A stretch of DNA of 64,000 nucleotides, taken from the NCBI GenBank assembly GCA_963843575.1, contig CAWJKZ010000010.1, positions 581,851 through 645,850 on the forward strand, given 5' to 3'. Source of the DNA: an uncultured Acidobacteriota bacterium. Its GTDB lineage: Bacteria > Acidobacteriota > UBA6911. The notes beneath the pieces were generated by a model that was given only the letters and a program-made list of their open reading frames with translations, made no database searches and had not been told where the DNA came from. Each line of letters starts with the position of its first letter. The stretch's first letter is position 1. The position numbers and the translations under genes are program-made. Below are positions 1-11,307 of this stretch, in pieces.

Positions 1-1072
1 CGGCCCAGAGGTCCTCCTGCGCGCTCGCCACGTAAACGGGGCGCGGCGCGATGAGGGCGATCAGCATGTGCTGATCCACCGGCAGCGCGTTCTCGTTCTC
101 GTTGTAGTTGCGGAAGTTCGCGCAGAACCAGTGGGGGAAGGCCTTGTTGATCGCCGCCACCGTCTCGCCGAAATGCCGCCGGCTCAGGGCCGCGCCGCCG
201 CAGCCGGAATCGTTCGAGATCACGATGGCAAAGCGCTCGTCCTCCGCTCCGGCCCACAGGGCGGTCTTGCCGAGCCGCGAGTGGCCCAGCAGAGCCACCC
301 GGGAGGCGTCCAGCGCCTTGTCGGTCACGACGTAGTCCATGATGCGGCTCAAGCCCCAGGCCCAGGCCGCGATCGAGCCCCACTCGTCGGGGCCCGGCCG
401 GGTCTGGCCGGCCCGGTAGAACAGCGGGTGCACGCCGTTCTTGAAGCCGTCGTCGAAGTCGGGGTCGATGTCGTTGTAGCAGGCGGTCACCAGCGCGTAG
501 CCTCGCGCCAGGACCTTCTCGAGTTGCCACCGGCTGGCCTCTCCCCCCCGGGAAGCCTCCGTCGCGCGGTTTTCCGTGATGCCCTTTTCCTTGCTGTTCC
601 GGAGCCACGCAGTCGACAGGGGAACGCCCGGGTCCCGGGCGACGGCCTGGTTCCCATCGAAATTGAGTCCGGCAAAAACCGGCACCGGGCCCGGGACGTT
701 GTTCGGGATGTACACCAGCACGTCGATTTTGCCTTCGTCCCCTGCGCCCAGGTGTATCGTGACGAGCTTCCGCGTGGCGGTTCCGGACAGTGCACCGCTC
801 TCCACCGATTTCACCTCGACGCGCATCGCGGGCGGGCGCCCCGGGCTGCGGCCATAAACGTGGGTGCGGAACAGCTCCAGGATTCCTGCGCGGCGCGAGT
901 TGCGCCACTCGTCGGCCGTGGCGACCTTCCCGCCGCCGGCGCGTGCGAGCGGGTCCGGCAGCGTATAGGCCGGCACCTTGCTCTCGTCGTAATTGGCCTG
1001 CTGCTGGGCGCCCGCCGCAAGGGCGGCAATCAAACCGATCAGACTCGAGACCAGGATCTTTGCAGGTTTCAT
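1..1072 (-). CDS. CE15 glucuronoyl esterase / acetylxylan esterase-like secreted hydrolase (3' end runs off the window)
   Basis: Read manually (absent from ORF track): [42 protein letters not shown] ... [46 protein letters not shown]; signal peptide and CE15-type motifs. Confidence 0.85.
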   Translation of the reverse strand, partial: MKPAKILVSSLIGLIAALAAGAQQQANYDESKVPAYTLPDPLARAGGGKVATADEWRNSRRAGILELFRTHVYGRSPGRPPAMRVEVKSVESGALSGTATRKLVTIHLGAGDEGKIDVLVYIPNNVPGPVPVFAGLNFDGNQAVARDPGVPLSTAWLRNSKEKGITENRATEASRGGEASRWQLEKVLARGYALVTACYNDIDPDFDDGFKNGVHPLFYRAGQTRPGPDEWGSIAAWAWGLSRIMDYVVTDKALDASRVALLGHSRLGKTALWAGAEDERFAIVISNDSGCGGAALSRRHFGETVAAINKAFPHWFCANFRNYNENENALPVDQHMLIALIAPRPVYVASAQEDLWA

Positions 1073-1147
1073 GCCCCCAACCTAAACCAGTTGCCGCACA
1101 AAAGCCATGGCGGAAATAACCACAAAACCATAGAACCATAAAACCAG

Positions 1148-1431
1148 GTGGGTCCGGGCTTTCAGCCCGGACGCTGTTTGCGGTCGCTCTAGGTGCGCCC
1201 GTCGCCACATAGATCAGATCAGAAGACGTCCGGGCTGAGACTGTCCAACGGTTGTTTGTGCAGTGCGGCAGCTCGACGCCGTTTGGTCGCGGCGTCTCGG
1301 CGCCACATAGGTCGAGGTCGCAGCGTCGGTCTCGCAATTCGCCTGGCGCGAGGCGCCGAGCATTTCAGCCGAGGACGAGTGAATGCGGGGAGACGCCGCT
1401 CGCCACAAGACAGCCTCTTCAGCCCGGACGC
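1148..1431. repeat. REP/REPIN-like palindrome (GTGGGTCCGGGCTTCAGCCCGGAC family) interrupted by a ~180 bp element with GAGGCTGTC/GACAGCCTC-like ends
   Basis: 1148-1238 is similar to 5522-5620; GACTGTCCAACGG begins at 1239; GACAGCCTC at 1409-1417 is followed by TTCAGCCCGGAC. Confidence 0.7.
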
Positions 1432-1564
1432 TTTGAGATTTGCCCTATTCACCAGCAGTTACACTCTGCAGTGACCCAAACACTAGCTACACAGGGGGGG
1501 ACGAAAAAGGATTTCGTGGTATACTTAAAGGTTACACCAACTCATCATAAAGGAGATCCATACC

Positions 1565-2593
1565 ATGCCATTAGTCTCGATGCGGCAGCTGCTCGACGAA
1601 GCTGCAAAAGGTGGATACGGCGTCGGCGCCTTCAACGTCAACAACATGGAGCAGATCCAGGCCATCATGGAGGCGGCGCGCGAAACCAAGTCGCCGGTCA
1701 TCGTCCAGGCGAGCCGCGGAGCGCGCAGCTATTCACAGGACAACTACCTCTATCATCTCATGCTGGCAGCGGCCGAGCTGTACCCGGAAGTTCCGATGGT
1801 GCTGCACCTGGACCACGGCAACAGCGCCGAAACGTGCAAGTCGGCGATCGACCTCGGCTTCACCAGCGTCATGATGGACGGTTCGCTCATGCCCGACGGG
1901 AAGACCCCGTCGACCTTCGAATACAACGTCGAGGTCACCCGCAAGGTCGTCGCGATGGCACACGCCAAGGGCGTGACCGTCGAAGGGGAAATCGGCGTGC
2001 TGGGCGGCATCGAGGACGGCCACGGCGCCGGCGGCAGCGGCCTGGAGCACGTCACCGACCCGGACCAGGCTGCCGAGTTCGTACAGAAGACCGGCGTCGA
2101 CGCCCTCGCCATCGCCATCGGCACCAGCCACGGCGCCTACAAGTTCACCAAGAAGCCCGACGGCTCCGTGCTGAAAATGGACCGCCTCATCGAAATCCAC
2201 AACAGGCTCCCGCACGTCCACCTGGTCATGCACGGCTCTTCCAGCGTGCCGAAGGAACTGCAGGACGTCATCAACCAGTACGGCGGCAAGCTGAAGCAGA
2301 CCTGGGGCGTCCCGATCGAGGAGATCCAGCTCGGCATCAAGAACGGCGTCCGCAAGGTCAACGTCGACACGGACAACCGCCTGGCCATCACGGGCGCGAT
2401 CCGCAAGGTCTTCGCCGAGACGCCCGAAAAGTTCGATCCGCGCGACTACCTCAAGCCGGCGCGCGAGGCCATGAAGAAGGTGGTTGCCCAGCGCATGACC
2501 CAGTTCGGACAGGCCGGCCACTTCGCCGACTACAGCCCGATCCCGCTCGCCGAGATGGCGAAGCGGTACGCCGGGGCAACGGCCGCGAACTAA
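1565..2593 (+). CDS. fba: Class II fructose-bisphosphate aldolase
   Basis: [47 protein letters not shown]; AAGGAG RBS. Confidence 0.97.
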   Translation: MPLVSMRQLLDEAAKGGYGVGAFNVNNMEQIQAIMEAARETKSPVIVQASRGARSYSQDNYLYHLMLAAAELYPEVPMVLHLDHGNSAETCKSAIDLGFTSVMMDGSLMPDGKTPSTFEYNVEVTRKVVAMAHAKGVTVEGEIGVLGGIEDGHGAGGSGLEHVTDPDQAAEFVQKTGVDALAIAIGTSHGAYKFTKKPDGSVLKMDRLIEIHNRLPHVHLVMHGSSSVPKELQDVINQYGGKLKQTWGVPIEEIQLGIKNGVRKVNVDTDNRLAITGAIRKVFAETPEKFDPRDYLKPAREAMKKVVAQRMTQFGQAGHFADYSPIPLAEMAKRYAGATAAN

Positions 2594-2600
2594 GAAACAA

Positions 2601-2752
2601 AAGCCGGAAGCCGGGAGCCAGGCTTCCGGCTTCTGCAGCTTCACGTGCGCTTGAAGGCCAACAGCCCGAGCACGATCACTGCCCCACCGCCCCACCGCCC
2701 TCACCAGGGGAGCCAGAAGCCTGGCTTCCGGCTCCCGGCTCCCGGCTTCTGC
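2601..2752. repeat. Inverted heptamer-repeat array (GGAAGCC/GGGAGCC versus GGCTTCC/GGCTCCC) between convergent genes, possible terminator
   Basis: aagccggaagccgggagccaggcttccggctt and gggagccagaagcctggcttccggctcccggctcccggcttc. Confidence 0.55.
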
Positions 2753-2755
2753 TTT

Positions 2756-3286
2756 TTAGGGTCGTCGCGGGATTACCCGGAACAGCCGCACGACGTTGAA
2801 GGCCACCAGCCCGAACACGATCACAAGGCCGGGCCACACCCCCCACCAGGGGAGCCGGTCGTACCTGCCGAGGGCTACCAGGATCGTCGCGGCGATTACG
2901 GCGAAAAACACCAGGTTGCATCCGGCCGCGAGCGAGAGGAACACGTCCCGCAGCCCGGCCCAGAAAGGCTCCTGCCGTCCCGGCGGCAAGGCGAGAAATG
3001 CCGCTTTGTTCGGCAGGTTCACCCACTGAGGGTGCCGCCGGAAAAATGGCACCAGGAGGGTGAACCCGTACATCATGGCCGTGAGGAAGAATGGTATGGC
3101 GAGCAGGCCCACGAGCTCGGCCTTCGCCCCCCAGCGGTCCGGGAAGCCGCTCGCCCCGAAGTGCATCGGGATCCGCTCCGGGAGCCGGTTCCAGGTAGCG
3201 GCCATGATCGCCACGTCACCCAGCAGCGTCAGGGCCGTGACGGCGTGACACAGGTTCGCCACGGCGTCGACGCGTTCGTCTTTCAT
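2756..3286 (-). CDS. DUF1648-type membrane protein
   Basis: LPERIPMHFGASGFPDRWG motif, several TM segments. Confidence 0.8.
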   Translation of the reverse strand: MKDERVDAVANLCHAVTALTLLGDVAIMAATWNRLPERIPMHFGASGFPDRWGAKAELVGLLAIPFFLTAMMYGFTLLVPFFRRHPQWVNLPNKAAFLALPPGRQEPFWAGLRDVFLSLAAGCNLVFFAVIAATILVALGRYDRLPWWGVWPGLVIVFGLVAFNVVRLFRVIPRRP

Positions 3287-3314
3287 GGGTCCTCCGGGGG
3301 GAAAGGCGCCGGCC

Positions 3315-4181
3315 CTATCGCGGCACCTTGATGCCGTGGATGCGGGCGATGGTCAGGCCGTAGGACTTCGCGCGCGTCTCCTCCGGCACGCCGCAGGCGT
3401 CGAGCATCTTGTCGAAGCGCCTGATGTTCTCTTCGAAGGCTTCGGGCCCCTCGTCCGTGGCGAACAGGATCTTCTCGAAGGCGGGCATCGCGTCGGCCGG
3501 CATGTGCGCCTTGCCGAGATAGGGAGTCCACCAGAGGAATTGCTTCCAGTACCCCGGATCTTCTTCTTTCTTGATCAGGGACGAACCGGACAGATCGAAG
3601 AACAGGTTGTTGTTCCGGCGCGTCGCCTCCCCCGCCTCGTCGTACCAGGGATTGCCAAAGTGAGCGGAGTGGATGACGAGCTTAGGGAAACGCGACGCGA
3701 CGGTGGCGAGAAACGACGGACGCATGCGCGCCATCATGCCGTTGGCCAGGATCCCCGTGTGCGGCGCCACCGGCATCCCGAGTTCCTGTGCGAGTGTCCA
3801 GATGGGGTCGTACTTGGGGTCGTCGTAATTCCACTGCCGCGTCGCGAACAGCTCGCCCAACCCCTTGAAACCCATGGAACGGGCCTTCTTGATGTCCGCC
3901 GTCACGGTCGCGCTGTCGATGTCGATCGCCGCATACGGGATCACCCGGTCCGGGTGCGCTTTGGCAAAGGCGATGCCGCGCTGCAGGTCCTTCATGCCGA
4001 TCAGGACGCACCCCATCGCGTTATGCTTGCCGTATACCGAGAGGAAGGATTTCTCCCAATCGTCGGCGGCGCGGTAGTGCGTGTGCGAATCGATGATGAA
4101 ACCGGGCGTCTTCCCCGGCGTCTGCGCCCACCCGAAGCTCACCACAATCAGAACGCCAGCAATGACAGAGACTCGTCTCAT
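3315..4181 (-). CDS. Amidohydrolase_2 family protein with signal peptide
   Basis: IIDSHTH, GFKGLGE, PHTG, AHFGNPW, KILFATD. Confidence 0.88.
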   Translation of the reverse strand: MRRVSVIAGVLIVVSFGWAQTPGKTPGFIIDSHTHYRAADDWEKSFLSVYGKHNAMGCVLIGMKDLQRGIAFAKAHPDRVIPYAAIDIDSATVTADIKKARSMGFKGLGELFATRQWNYDDPKYDPIWTLAQELGMPVAPHTGILANGMMARMRPSFLATVASRFPKLVIHSAHFGNPWYDEAGEATRRNNNLFFDLSGSSLIKKEEDPGYWKQFLWWTPYLGKAHMPADAMPAFEKILFATDEGPEAFEENIRRFDKMLDACGVPEETRAKSYGLTIARIHGIKVPR

Positions 4182-4374
4182 AAGGTCCTCTCCGACGGTG
4201 TTGAAGGACCTCGATTGTGGCCTCCGGCGTAACCCGAGTCAAGTGGGTCCGGGCTTCAGAGGCTGTCCAACGGCGAGCCAAAACAAAAACTAGCCCCGGA
4301 AGACACGGAAGAACACGGAAAGCTCACATTTGAAATTCCGCGGATTCCGTGCCTTCCGTGGCAGGTTGTTGTAT

Positions 4375-4830
4375 TTATCCGAGCGGCGCGCTACTCCCCT
4401 GCGAGTTGCGGGACCGGTTCGCCCGAGGGCAGTGCGCCTTCCTCATAGCTCCATCCGGTCCAGAGACCCAGCATGAAGTAGGCCAGCGCGGCCACCCCCG
4501 CCAGGAAGATGGTGTCACCGACAAACCGCATCCAGCGCAGCATCTGCACCCAGGGCTGCTGCAGGAAGTCCGCGCTGCGGGCGAACCAGAGCCCGTGCTC
4601 GACGCTGCCCACGCCTGAGCTATACCAATCGGGAGGAGGCTGAGCGCGACCATGAGACCGAGTCCGATGTTGGTCGCCCAGAAGGCGATCGCAATGGGCC
4701 GCTCGCGCCAGGCGCGCCCCGCCGTGAGGAGGCGGGCGACGAGCAGGACCAGCCCGAGGGCCAGCAGGCCGTACACACCGAACAGCGCGGTGTGCGCGTG
4801 CACCGGGGTCGTGTTCAGGCCCTGCGGGTA
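4375..4830 (-). pseudogene. norB: C-terminal fragment of quinol-dependent nitric oxide reductase (qNor)
   Basis: [21 protein letters not shown] and GLWFARSADFLQQPWVQMLRWMRFVGDTIF in two frames; most of the N-terminal part is missing. Confidence 0.8.
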
Positions 4831-4904
4831 AATGCCACCGTCCCACCGTCGGCCATCACCCTCGCGGGGATCGGCGGGGCCTGCCGGTAGACCTCTTTCC
4901 CGAA

Positions 4905-5489
<585 letters not shown>

Positions 5490-5521
5490 TGCGAGCGTGC
5501 CCCGACTTTAGCGCAAAACAA

Positions 5522-5620
5522 GTGGGTCCGGGCTTCAGCCCGGACGCGGTTGCTATAACCTGCGCCCGTCGCCACGTAGATCAGATCAAAAGACGTCCGG
5601 GCTGAAGCCCGAACCCACTT
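5522..5620. repeat. REPIN-like element: two inverted REP palindromes
   Basis: GTGGGTCCGGGCTTCAGCCCGGAC ... GTCCGGGCTGAAGCCCGAACCCAC; partial copy also at 4243-4258. Confidence 0.8.
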
Positions 5621-5636
5621 GTTTTTCCTATTTCTC

Positions 5637-6098
5637 TCAGGAAACTGTACTGGCGGGGTCGGGCTGCCCCGCCCACCGGCCGCTCATGCGAGCTGGTTTG
5701 ATGCGGAACCAGCGCAGCAGCCCGTGGCGTCCGCGCCTCTCGTATTCGACGGCCATCCATTCTGGCATGTCCGGGAACCGCCCAAAGAGGGCGGGGCGGA
5801 TCCGTTCGATCTCCGCTGCGTCGGTAACGGCCTGGATACTCCCCTCGCCGGTTACGCTGCGCCACTCGAATACCCCGGTCCGTGCGGAGGTGTCGACCTG
5901 GAACGCCACGTCCGGGTTCATCGCGGCCAGCCGGGTCTTTCGTCCCTCCGTTGAAACGACCCATATGAAGCCGTCCAGCCAGACGTAGCCAAGCGGCACG
6001 AGGTAGTGTTCGCCGGCGGCGTGGAGCGCAAGCCGGAGAACTCGTTCCGACGCCAGCAACTGCTCGATTTCGGTTTGGGAGAGGTCACGGTGGGCCAT
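5637..6098 (-). CDS. Pyridoxamine 5'-phosphate oxidase-like (NimA-type) flavin-binding protein
   Basis: YLVPLGYV, EGRKT, NPDVAFQVD, WRSV. Confidence 0.85.
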   Translation of the reverse strand: MAHRDLSQTEIEQLLASERVLRLALHAAGEHYLVPLGYVWLDGFIWVVSTEGRKTRLAAMNPDVAFQVDTSARTGVFEWRSVTGEGSIQAVTDAAEIERIRPALFGRFPDMPEWMAVEYERRGRHGLLRWFRIKPARMSGRWAGQPDPASTVS

Positions 6099-6178
6099 GC
6101 CTTATTATAGCTCATGGCCCGGGAGGGACCCGCCCGCCGGGACGACCGGGGGCGGGACCTCTCGTTTCCCGGGCGAAC

Positions 6179-7414
6179 TTATTCCAGGGTGGCCGCGGGG
6201 GCCCACAAGCGTTCGAGGTAGGGACCGTTGGAGCCCAGCAGCGGCTGCAGGTAGCTGCGGAAGGCGTCGGTGACGCCGTTGCCTTCGGCATTGATGAACT
6301 CGTCGGGCATGTAACGGGTCTTGGCCGCCATGTCTTCGAGTTTCGCCAGGTCGTAGCGGACGGCGTAATCGCCCATCCGCAGGATCACGACGGAGCCGTC
6401 GACGTTGTGCCAGCAGGCGAAGTGCGCGGCCTTCTCCCCCACTTCGCGCGCCTCGCGCGCGTCGACGTTGGAGCAGACGCCGGGGAAGGAACGCTGCAGG
6501 TAGCCGAACGTATCCGACCGGACACGCTTGATCTTGAGCTGCTTCTGCACCACGTCGGCGAGTTCATCGGCCAGGGCGCCGCCGGAGAGCTGGATGTTGC
6601 CGTGCGCGTCGACCTGCGGCTCGCGGCCGCCCTTGCTCATCAGGTCGGCGGCCAGCGGGACCTTTTTCCCCTTCTCGTTGCGGCTCGCCCAGACGCCTTC
6701 GGACAGGGCGACGATGCAACGCTTGTGTTTGCGGAAGACGCGGTCCACGTCGGCCAGGTACTGGTCGATCGAGAACTGGCGCTCCGGCAAGTAGACCAGG
6801 TGCGGGCCGTCATCCTCGTGCTTGCGGGCGAGCGCGGAGGCCGCGGTCAGCCAGCCGGCGTGCCGCCCCATGACCACCCCGATGTAGACGCCGGGGAGGG
6901 ACAGGTTGTCGGCGTTGACGCCGCTGAAGGCCGAGGAGACAAACAGGGCCGCGGACGGGTAGCCGGGGCAGTGATCGGTGATCGGCAGGTCGTTGTCGAC
7001 CGTTTTCGGGATGTGGATCGAACGGAGCTCGTACCCCTCGTTGGCCGCGCTTTCGTTCACGATCCGGACGGTGTCGGCCGAGTCGTTGCCGCCGATGTAG
7101 AAGAAATAACGAACGTCGTATTTCTTGAACACGTCGTAGATCTTCCCGCAATACTCGGCATCGGGCTTGTCGCGCGTCGACCCGAGGGCGGATGAAGGCG
7201 TGTTAGCCACGAGTTCCAGGTTGTGGGTCGTGGCCTCGCTCAGGTCGAGGAACCGTTCCTCGACGATCCCGCGCACGCCGTGCACGGCGCCCCAGACGCG
7301 GGTGATCTCCGGGAACTTCCGCATCTCGATGACGGCGCCCACCAGGCTCTGATTGATCACCGCCGTCGGACCGCCCCCCTGCGCGATGACGACCTTCCCC
7401 TTGAGTCGACTCAT
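6179..7414 (-). CDS. pfk: 6-phosphofructokinase, probably PPi-dependent
   Basis: AQGGGPTAVIN, IGGNDS, IPKTVDNDL, MGRHAGWL, GYLQRS. Confidence 0.93.
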   Translation of the reverse strand: MSRLKGKVVIAQGGGPTAVINQSLVGAVIEMRKFPEITRVWGAVHGVRGIVEERFLDLSEATTHNLELVANTPSSALGSTRDKPDAEYCGKIYDVFKKYDVRYFFYIGGNDSADTVRIVNESAANEGYELRSIHIPKTVDNDLPITDHCPGYPSAALFVSSAFSGVNADNLSLPGVYIGVVMGRHAGWLTAASALARKHEDDGPHLVYLPERQFSIDQYLADVDRVFRKHKRCIVALSEGVWASRNEKGKKVPLAADLMSKGGREPQVDAHGNIQLSGGALADELADVVQKQLKIKRVRSDTFGYLQRSFPGVCSNVDAREAREVGEKAAHFACWHNVDGSVVILRMGDYAVRYDLAKLEDMAAKTRYMPDEFINAEGNGVTDAFRSYLQPLLGSNGPYLERLWAPAATLE

Positions 7415-7640
7415 TATTCTCTCCTCCTGCCATGGGTTAAAAGTGCTGTTGCCGTTGCTTTAAAACTTTTTATCATCCACGATTTCGCCCCCGCGCGCAA
7501 GGATCGAGGTATCATCCTCTGCGATTCAGACACTGGGGATCCTGCAAGCTTCCTGGAACGCGGATTCTCGCGGATTTACGTTGTAGCTTAGGGCTCGCGC
7601 CAAAATATGAACTTAACCCTAAGTTTGCTCTGATCCGTGT

Positions 7641-7822
7641 GCAAAGCTCGACGGGGCGCTCTGGATGTGGTTCTCCGGGGTGGGGTGGCGGCAAACGCTC
7701 TCGTGCCAGGCCGGACCCGCACTCCAAGCTCCAGTGCGCTTGCCGCCACCCCACCCCGGAGAACCACCCGGCGCTTTGCGCCGGCCGCTGTGCGGCATCC
7801 AGGGCGCCCCGTCGAGCTTTGC
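7641..7822. repeat. ~180 bp nested palindrome (MITE/REPIN-like)
   Basis: Outer arms GCAAAGCTCGACGGGGCGC-CTGGATG / CATCCAG-GCGCCCCGTCGAGCTTTGC; inner arms GTGGTTCTCCGGGGTGGGGTGGCGGCAA / TTGCCGCCACCCCACCCCGGAGAACCAC. Confidence 0.8.
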
Positions 7823-7914
7823 CAGCGTTCGTCCGCGTCCGAGGGATTTTGAGTCGCCTGCGCACTGTCTGAACCGCAGGTATCATCCTGTATCATCCTC
7901 GGGGAGGAACAACG

Positions 7915-8899
7915 ATGCAGAAACGCAAGCTGGGCGGCGAACTTGGTCGTGTCGGCCCTCGGATTGGGCTGCATGGGGATGTCGGAGTTCTACGGGACCG
8001 GCGACGAGGCGGAATCGCTCCGCACGATCCACCGCGCGCTCGATCTCGGTGTCGATTTCCTGGACACCGCCGACATGTACGGCAGCGGCCGCAACGAGGA
8101 GCTGGTCGGGCGCGCCCTGCGCGGCCGCCGCGCGCAGGTAGTGCTGGCGACGAAATTCGGCAACGTGCGCGGCCCCAACGGCGAGTTCCTCGGCATCAGC
8201 GGCACCCCGGATTACGTGCGCCGAGCCTGCGACGCGAGCCTCCGGCGCCTCGGGGTAGAGACGATCGACTTGTACTATCAGCACCGCGTTGACCCGGCCA
8301 CGCCCATAGAGGACACAGTCGGCGCCATGGCGGAGCTCGTGCGCGCCGGCAAGGTCCGGTATCTCGGCCTGTCCGAGGCCGCGCCGGCCACCCTGCGCCG
8401 GGCTTGTGCCGTTTATCCGATCGCGGCGCTGCAGACGGAGTACTCGCTCTGGAGCCGCGATCCCGAGGCGGAGATCCTCGCGGCCTGCCGGACCCTGGGC
8501 GTCGGCTTCGTGGCGTACAGCCCGCTCGGCCGCGGTTTCCTGACGGGCCGCTTTGCCCGACCCGAGGACCTGCCCGAAGACGACTGGCGCCGTCACCACC
8601 CGCGCTTCGAGGGGGAGAACTTCCGGCGGAACCTGCGGCTCGCCGACACGGTCCGGCGGATGGCGCACGGGAAGGGGCGCACGCCGGCCCAGCTCGCGCT
8701 CGCCTGGGTCCTCTCCCGGGGCGAAGACGTCGTTCCGATTCCCGGGACCAAGCGCGTGCGTTACCTGGAAGAAAACCTGGGTGCACTCGACGTCCAGCTG
8801 GACGACGGCGACCTGCGGGGTCTGGAAGACGCCTTCCCGCCCGGCGCCGCCTCCGGCGAGCGCTACCACCCCCAGGGCATGCAGAGCCTCAACCGCTAG
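7915..8899 (+). CDS. Aldo/keto reductase (1-nt frameshift near the start, probably an assembly error)
   Basis: [10 protein letters not shown] joins [12 protein letters not shown]; [29 protein letters not shown]. Confidence 0.92.
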
Positions 8900-9092
8900 T
8901 TGCCCAGGGGGCCGCAGCGGGCCGCCGCGACCCACGGGCACAACGTGGACTTGGAGTTACAGCCGGAGACTGATACAATCTATCCCGTTCCGCGAACCTC
9001 GTGCCGGCACTGGAACCGGGGGAGCGAATTTTAACACCATCATGGGGCTGAGTGTGCGACTTGGCTCAAATGGAGTCAGGGAGCACACCGTA

Positions 9093-10313
9093 GTGAATTT
9101 CGATCAATTCTCCTTCAACCCGCAGATCTCGGCAGCCATCAGCGCCATCGGCTTTTCCAAGCCGACTCCGATTCAGAAAGAGGCCATCCCGGTGGTGCTT
9201 CAAGGGCGTGATTGCCTGGGGTTGGCGCAGACCGGCACCGGTAAGACGGCGGCCTACGTCTTACCGACATTGCAGCGGCTGAGCAAGGGCCCCTCGGGCC
9301 GTGTGCGCGCCCTGGTCGTGGCCCCCACGCGCGAGCTGGCGCAGCAGATCCACCAGGCGATCTCCGACCTCGGCCGGGGCAGCCGCGTGCGCAGCGCGGC
9401 CATCTACGGGGGTGTGAGCAAGCGTGGTCAACTCGGCGCGCTGCGCCGTGGAGTCGACATCGTGGTGGCCTGCCCCGGCCGCCTGCTTGACCACGTCGAC
9501 TGCGGCGACCTCGACCTGTCCTCGGTGGAGATCCTGGTGATCGACGAGGCCGACCGGATGTGTGACATGGGTTTCCTGCCGGACATCCGGCGCATCCTGC
9601 TGAACCTGCCTGCGCGGCGCCAGACCCTGCTGTTTTCGGCCACGATGCCCGCGGACATCCGCCTCTTGGCCGGCAACATCCTCAAGGACCCGGTCCACGT
9701 CCAGATCGGGCACATGGCGCCGGTCGAGACGGTCTCGCACGCGCTGTATCCCGTGTCGGAGGCCCTGAAGCCGAAACTGCTCCTCGAGGTGCTGAGCCGG
9801 ACGCCGGCAGGACGTGTCCTGGTCTTCACACGGACGAAACGCCGGGCGCACAACCTTGCGGCCAACCTCGCCAAGAGCGGCTACCGCGTCTCCGCGCTGC
9901 AGGGGAACATGACGCAGAACCGCCGGCAGGCGGCCATCGACGGGTTCCGCGACGGGCGATTCGATATCCTGGTCGCCACCGACGTCGCCGCCCGAGGCAT
10001 CGACGTGTCGGAAATATCCCACGTGATCAACTTCGACATGCCCGACACCGCCGACGCGTACACACACCGGATCGGGCGCACGGGGCGCGCCCACCACACC
10101 GGCGAGGCGTTCACCTTCACCGCCCAGACGGACGAGGGGATCGTGCGGCAGATCGAGAAGGTCCTGGGCGCGAACATCGAGCGGCGGCACCTGCCCGGCT
10201 TCGCGCCTGCGGGGCCCCTCCCGCAGGTGTCCCTACCGACCGAGTCCCAACCCCGGCGGCGCCACTTCCAGTTGAGCGTTTCCGCTCGGCGCCGGCGGGC
10301 GCGTCGAACATAG
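9093..10313 (+). CDS. DEAD-box RNA helicase (RhlE-like)
   Basis: PTPIQ, AQTGTGKT, PTRELA, DEAD, SAT, ARGID, HRIGRTGR. Confidence 0.95.
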   Translation: MNFDQFSFNPQISAAISAIGFSKPTPIQKEAIPVVLQGRDCLGLAQTGTGKTAAYVLPTLQRLSKGPSGRVRALVVAPTRELAQQIHQAISDLGRGSRVRSAAIYGGVSKRGQLGALRRGVDIVVACPGRLLDHVDCGDLDLSSVEILVIDEADRMCDMGFLPDIRRILLNLPARRQTLLFSATMPADIRLLAGNILKDPVHVQIGHMAPVETVSHALYPVSEALKPKLLLEVLSRTPAGRVLVFTRTKRRAHNLAANLAKSGYRVSALQGNMTQNRRQAAIDGFRDGRFDILVATDVAARGIDVSEISHVINFDMPDTADAYTHRIGRTGRAHHTGEAFTFTAQTDEGIVRQIEKVLGANIERRHLPGFAPAGPLPQVSLPTESQPRRRHFQLSVSARRRRARRT

Positions 10314-10327
10314 CAGAGGAGAACACC

Positions 10328-10504
10328 ATGGCTACAAAAAGACCGTCGTTCCTGAAGCGGCAGAAAGAGCAAAAACGAGCCGCGCGAGCCCTCGAGAAAC
10401 GCGAAGCGCGCCGCGCGCGCAAGCAGGACAAACCCGGCACCCCCAACCCCGAGGAAACGGAAGTATTCGACCCGGGTACCGCCGACTCCACACCCCCCGA
10501 GTGA
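10328..10504 (+). CDS. 58-aa small basic protein
   Basis: MATKRPSFLKRQKEQKRAARALEKREARRARKQDKPG...; AGAGGAG RBS; directly downstream of the helicase. Confidence 0.7.
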   Translation: MATKRPSFLKRQKEQKRAARALEKREARRARKQDKPGTPNPEETEVFDPGTADSTPPE

Positions 10505-10517
10505 AGTTCCGGAAAGT

Positions 10518-10543
10518 GGGCGGGGGCGGCCCGCCCCCGCCTT
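10518..10543 (+). terminator. GC-rich hairpin after the helicase operon
   Basis: GGCGGGGGCGG-CCGCCCCCGCC stem, weak U tail. Confidence 0.4.
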
Positions 10544-10848
10544 GCTGAACGTTTCGCAAACCCTACGAGAGTCTATGAGTCCCTGGAGTGAGGTAAGCCC
10601 TCGTCTCGTCGGTGAGCGAAAGTCCGAGCCGCGTTGTGCGGCGGCTGAACTGGTCATCCCATCCCTTAAAGCTGTTGCCTGACGTATTGTTGGGGCAGAA
10701 CGCGGATATCCGCGGATTTCACCGATTCAAGCCGATCTACCGGGCGCGGCCTGTCACCAGGTCAGTATCTGCGTGTATCCGCGCAAACCTGCGTTCTGGA
10801 AACGCATCGGCTACCCGCTGGAACTCCCAGCGTTTCCCCTTGTCGCCC

Positions 10849-11109
10849 CTACGGGTTCGTCGGGTCGAGCCTCTTAAGCTTTTCGAAATTGGAAAAGGCG
10901 GTTTCGATGGCTTCAAGAGAAGTATCATCTCCACTTACTGCTTCGATCCTCTCCAGTTTCGCGTTCACCTTGGTCAGTTCGGCCCCAAGAGAGTGAATGC
11001 CTTTCGCTAACTTCTCGATAGCTCTGCAAATCCCGAAGAGGCAGCCAATCGCGCAGATTGCCATCACAAATAAAACGGTTATCTGCCAGGTGGACATTCC
11101 GGTCCTCAC
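10849..11109 (-). CDS. Small membrane-anchored coiled-coil protein
   Basis: N-terminal TM helix followed by heptad-like region. Confidence 0.5.
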   Translation of the reverse strand: MRTGMSTWQITVLFVMAICAIGCLFGICRAIEKLAKGIHSLGAELTKVNAKLERIEAVSGDDTSLEAIETAFSNFEKLKRLDPTNP

Positions 11110-11307
11110 AGCTTATGAATCAATGCGGCATGGTCGCGCCTTGTGTCCCTTTATCATTTCGGCTCGTTTACCTGGTTTAGATCACTTTATTTGGCTCGGC
11201 GCCTTGCTGCCTTTTCCGGGGGGGCTTGTCGGAGCCCGAAATGCTATCGTAATTGCGGAAGCCGGGATCTAATCGATCTGACGGCGAATCACACGAGGGT
11301 GACCAGC

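Noticed and set aside
68-1141. 357-aa plus-strand ORF and other long antisense ORFs (e.g. 26056-27813, 28347-31058, 55238-57670, 57912-59171)
   Set aside because: Shadow ORFs of real opposite-strand genes in high-GC DNA
10545-10680. Possible ncRNA downstream of the helicase operon
   Set aside because: No recognisable motif or convincing extended pairing
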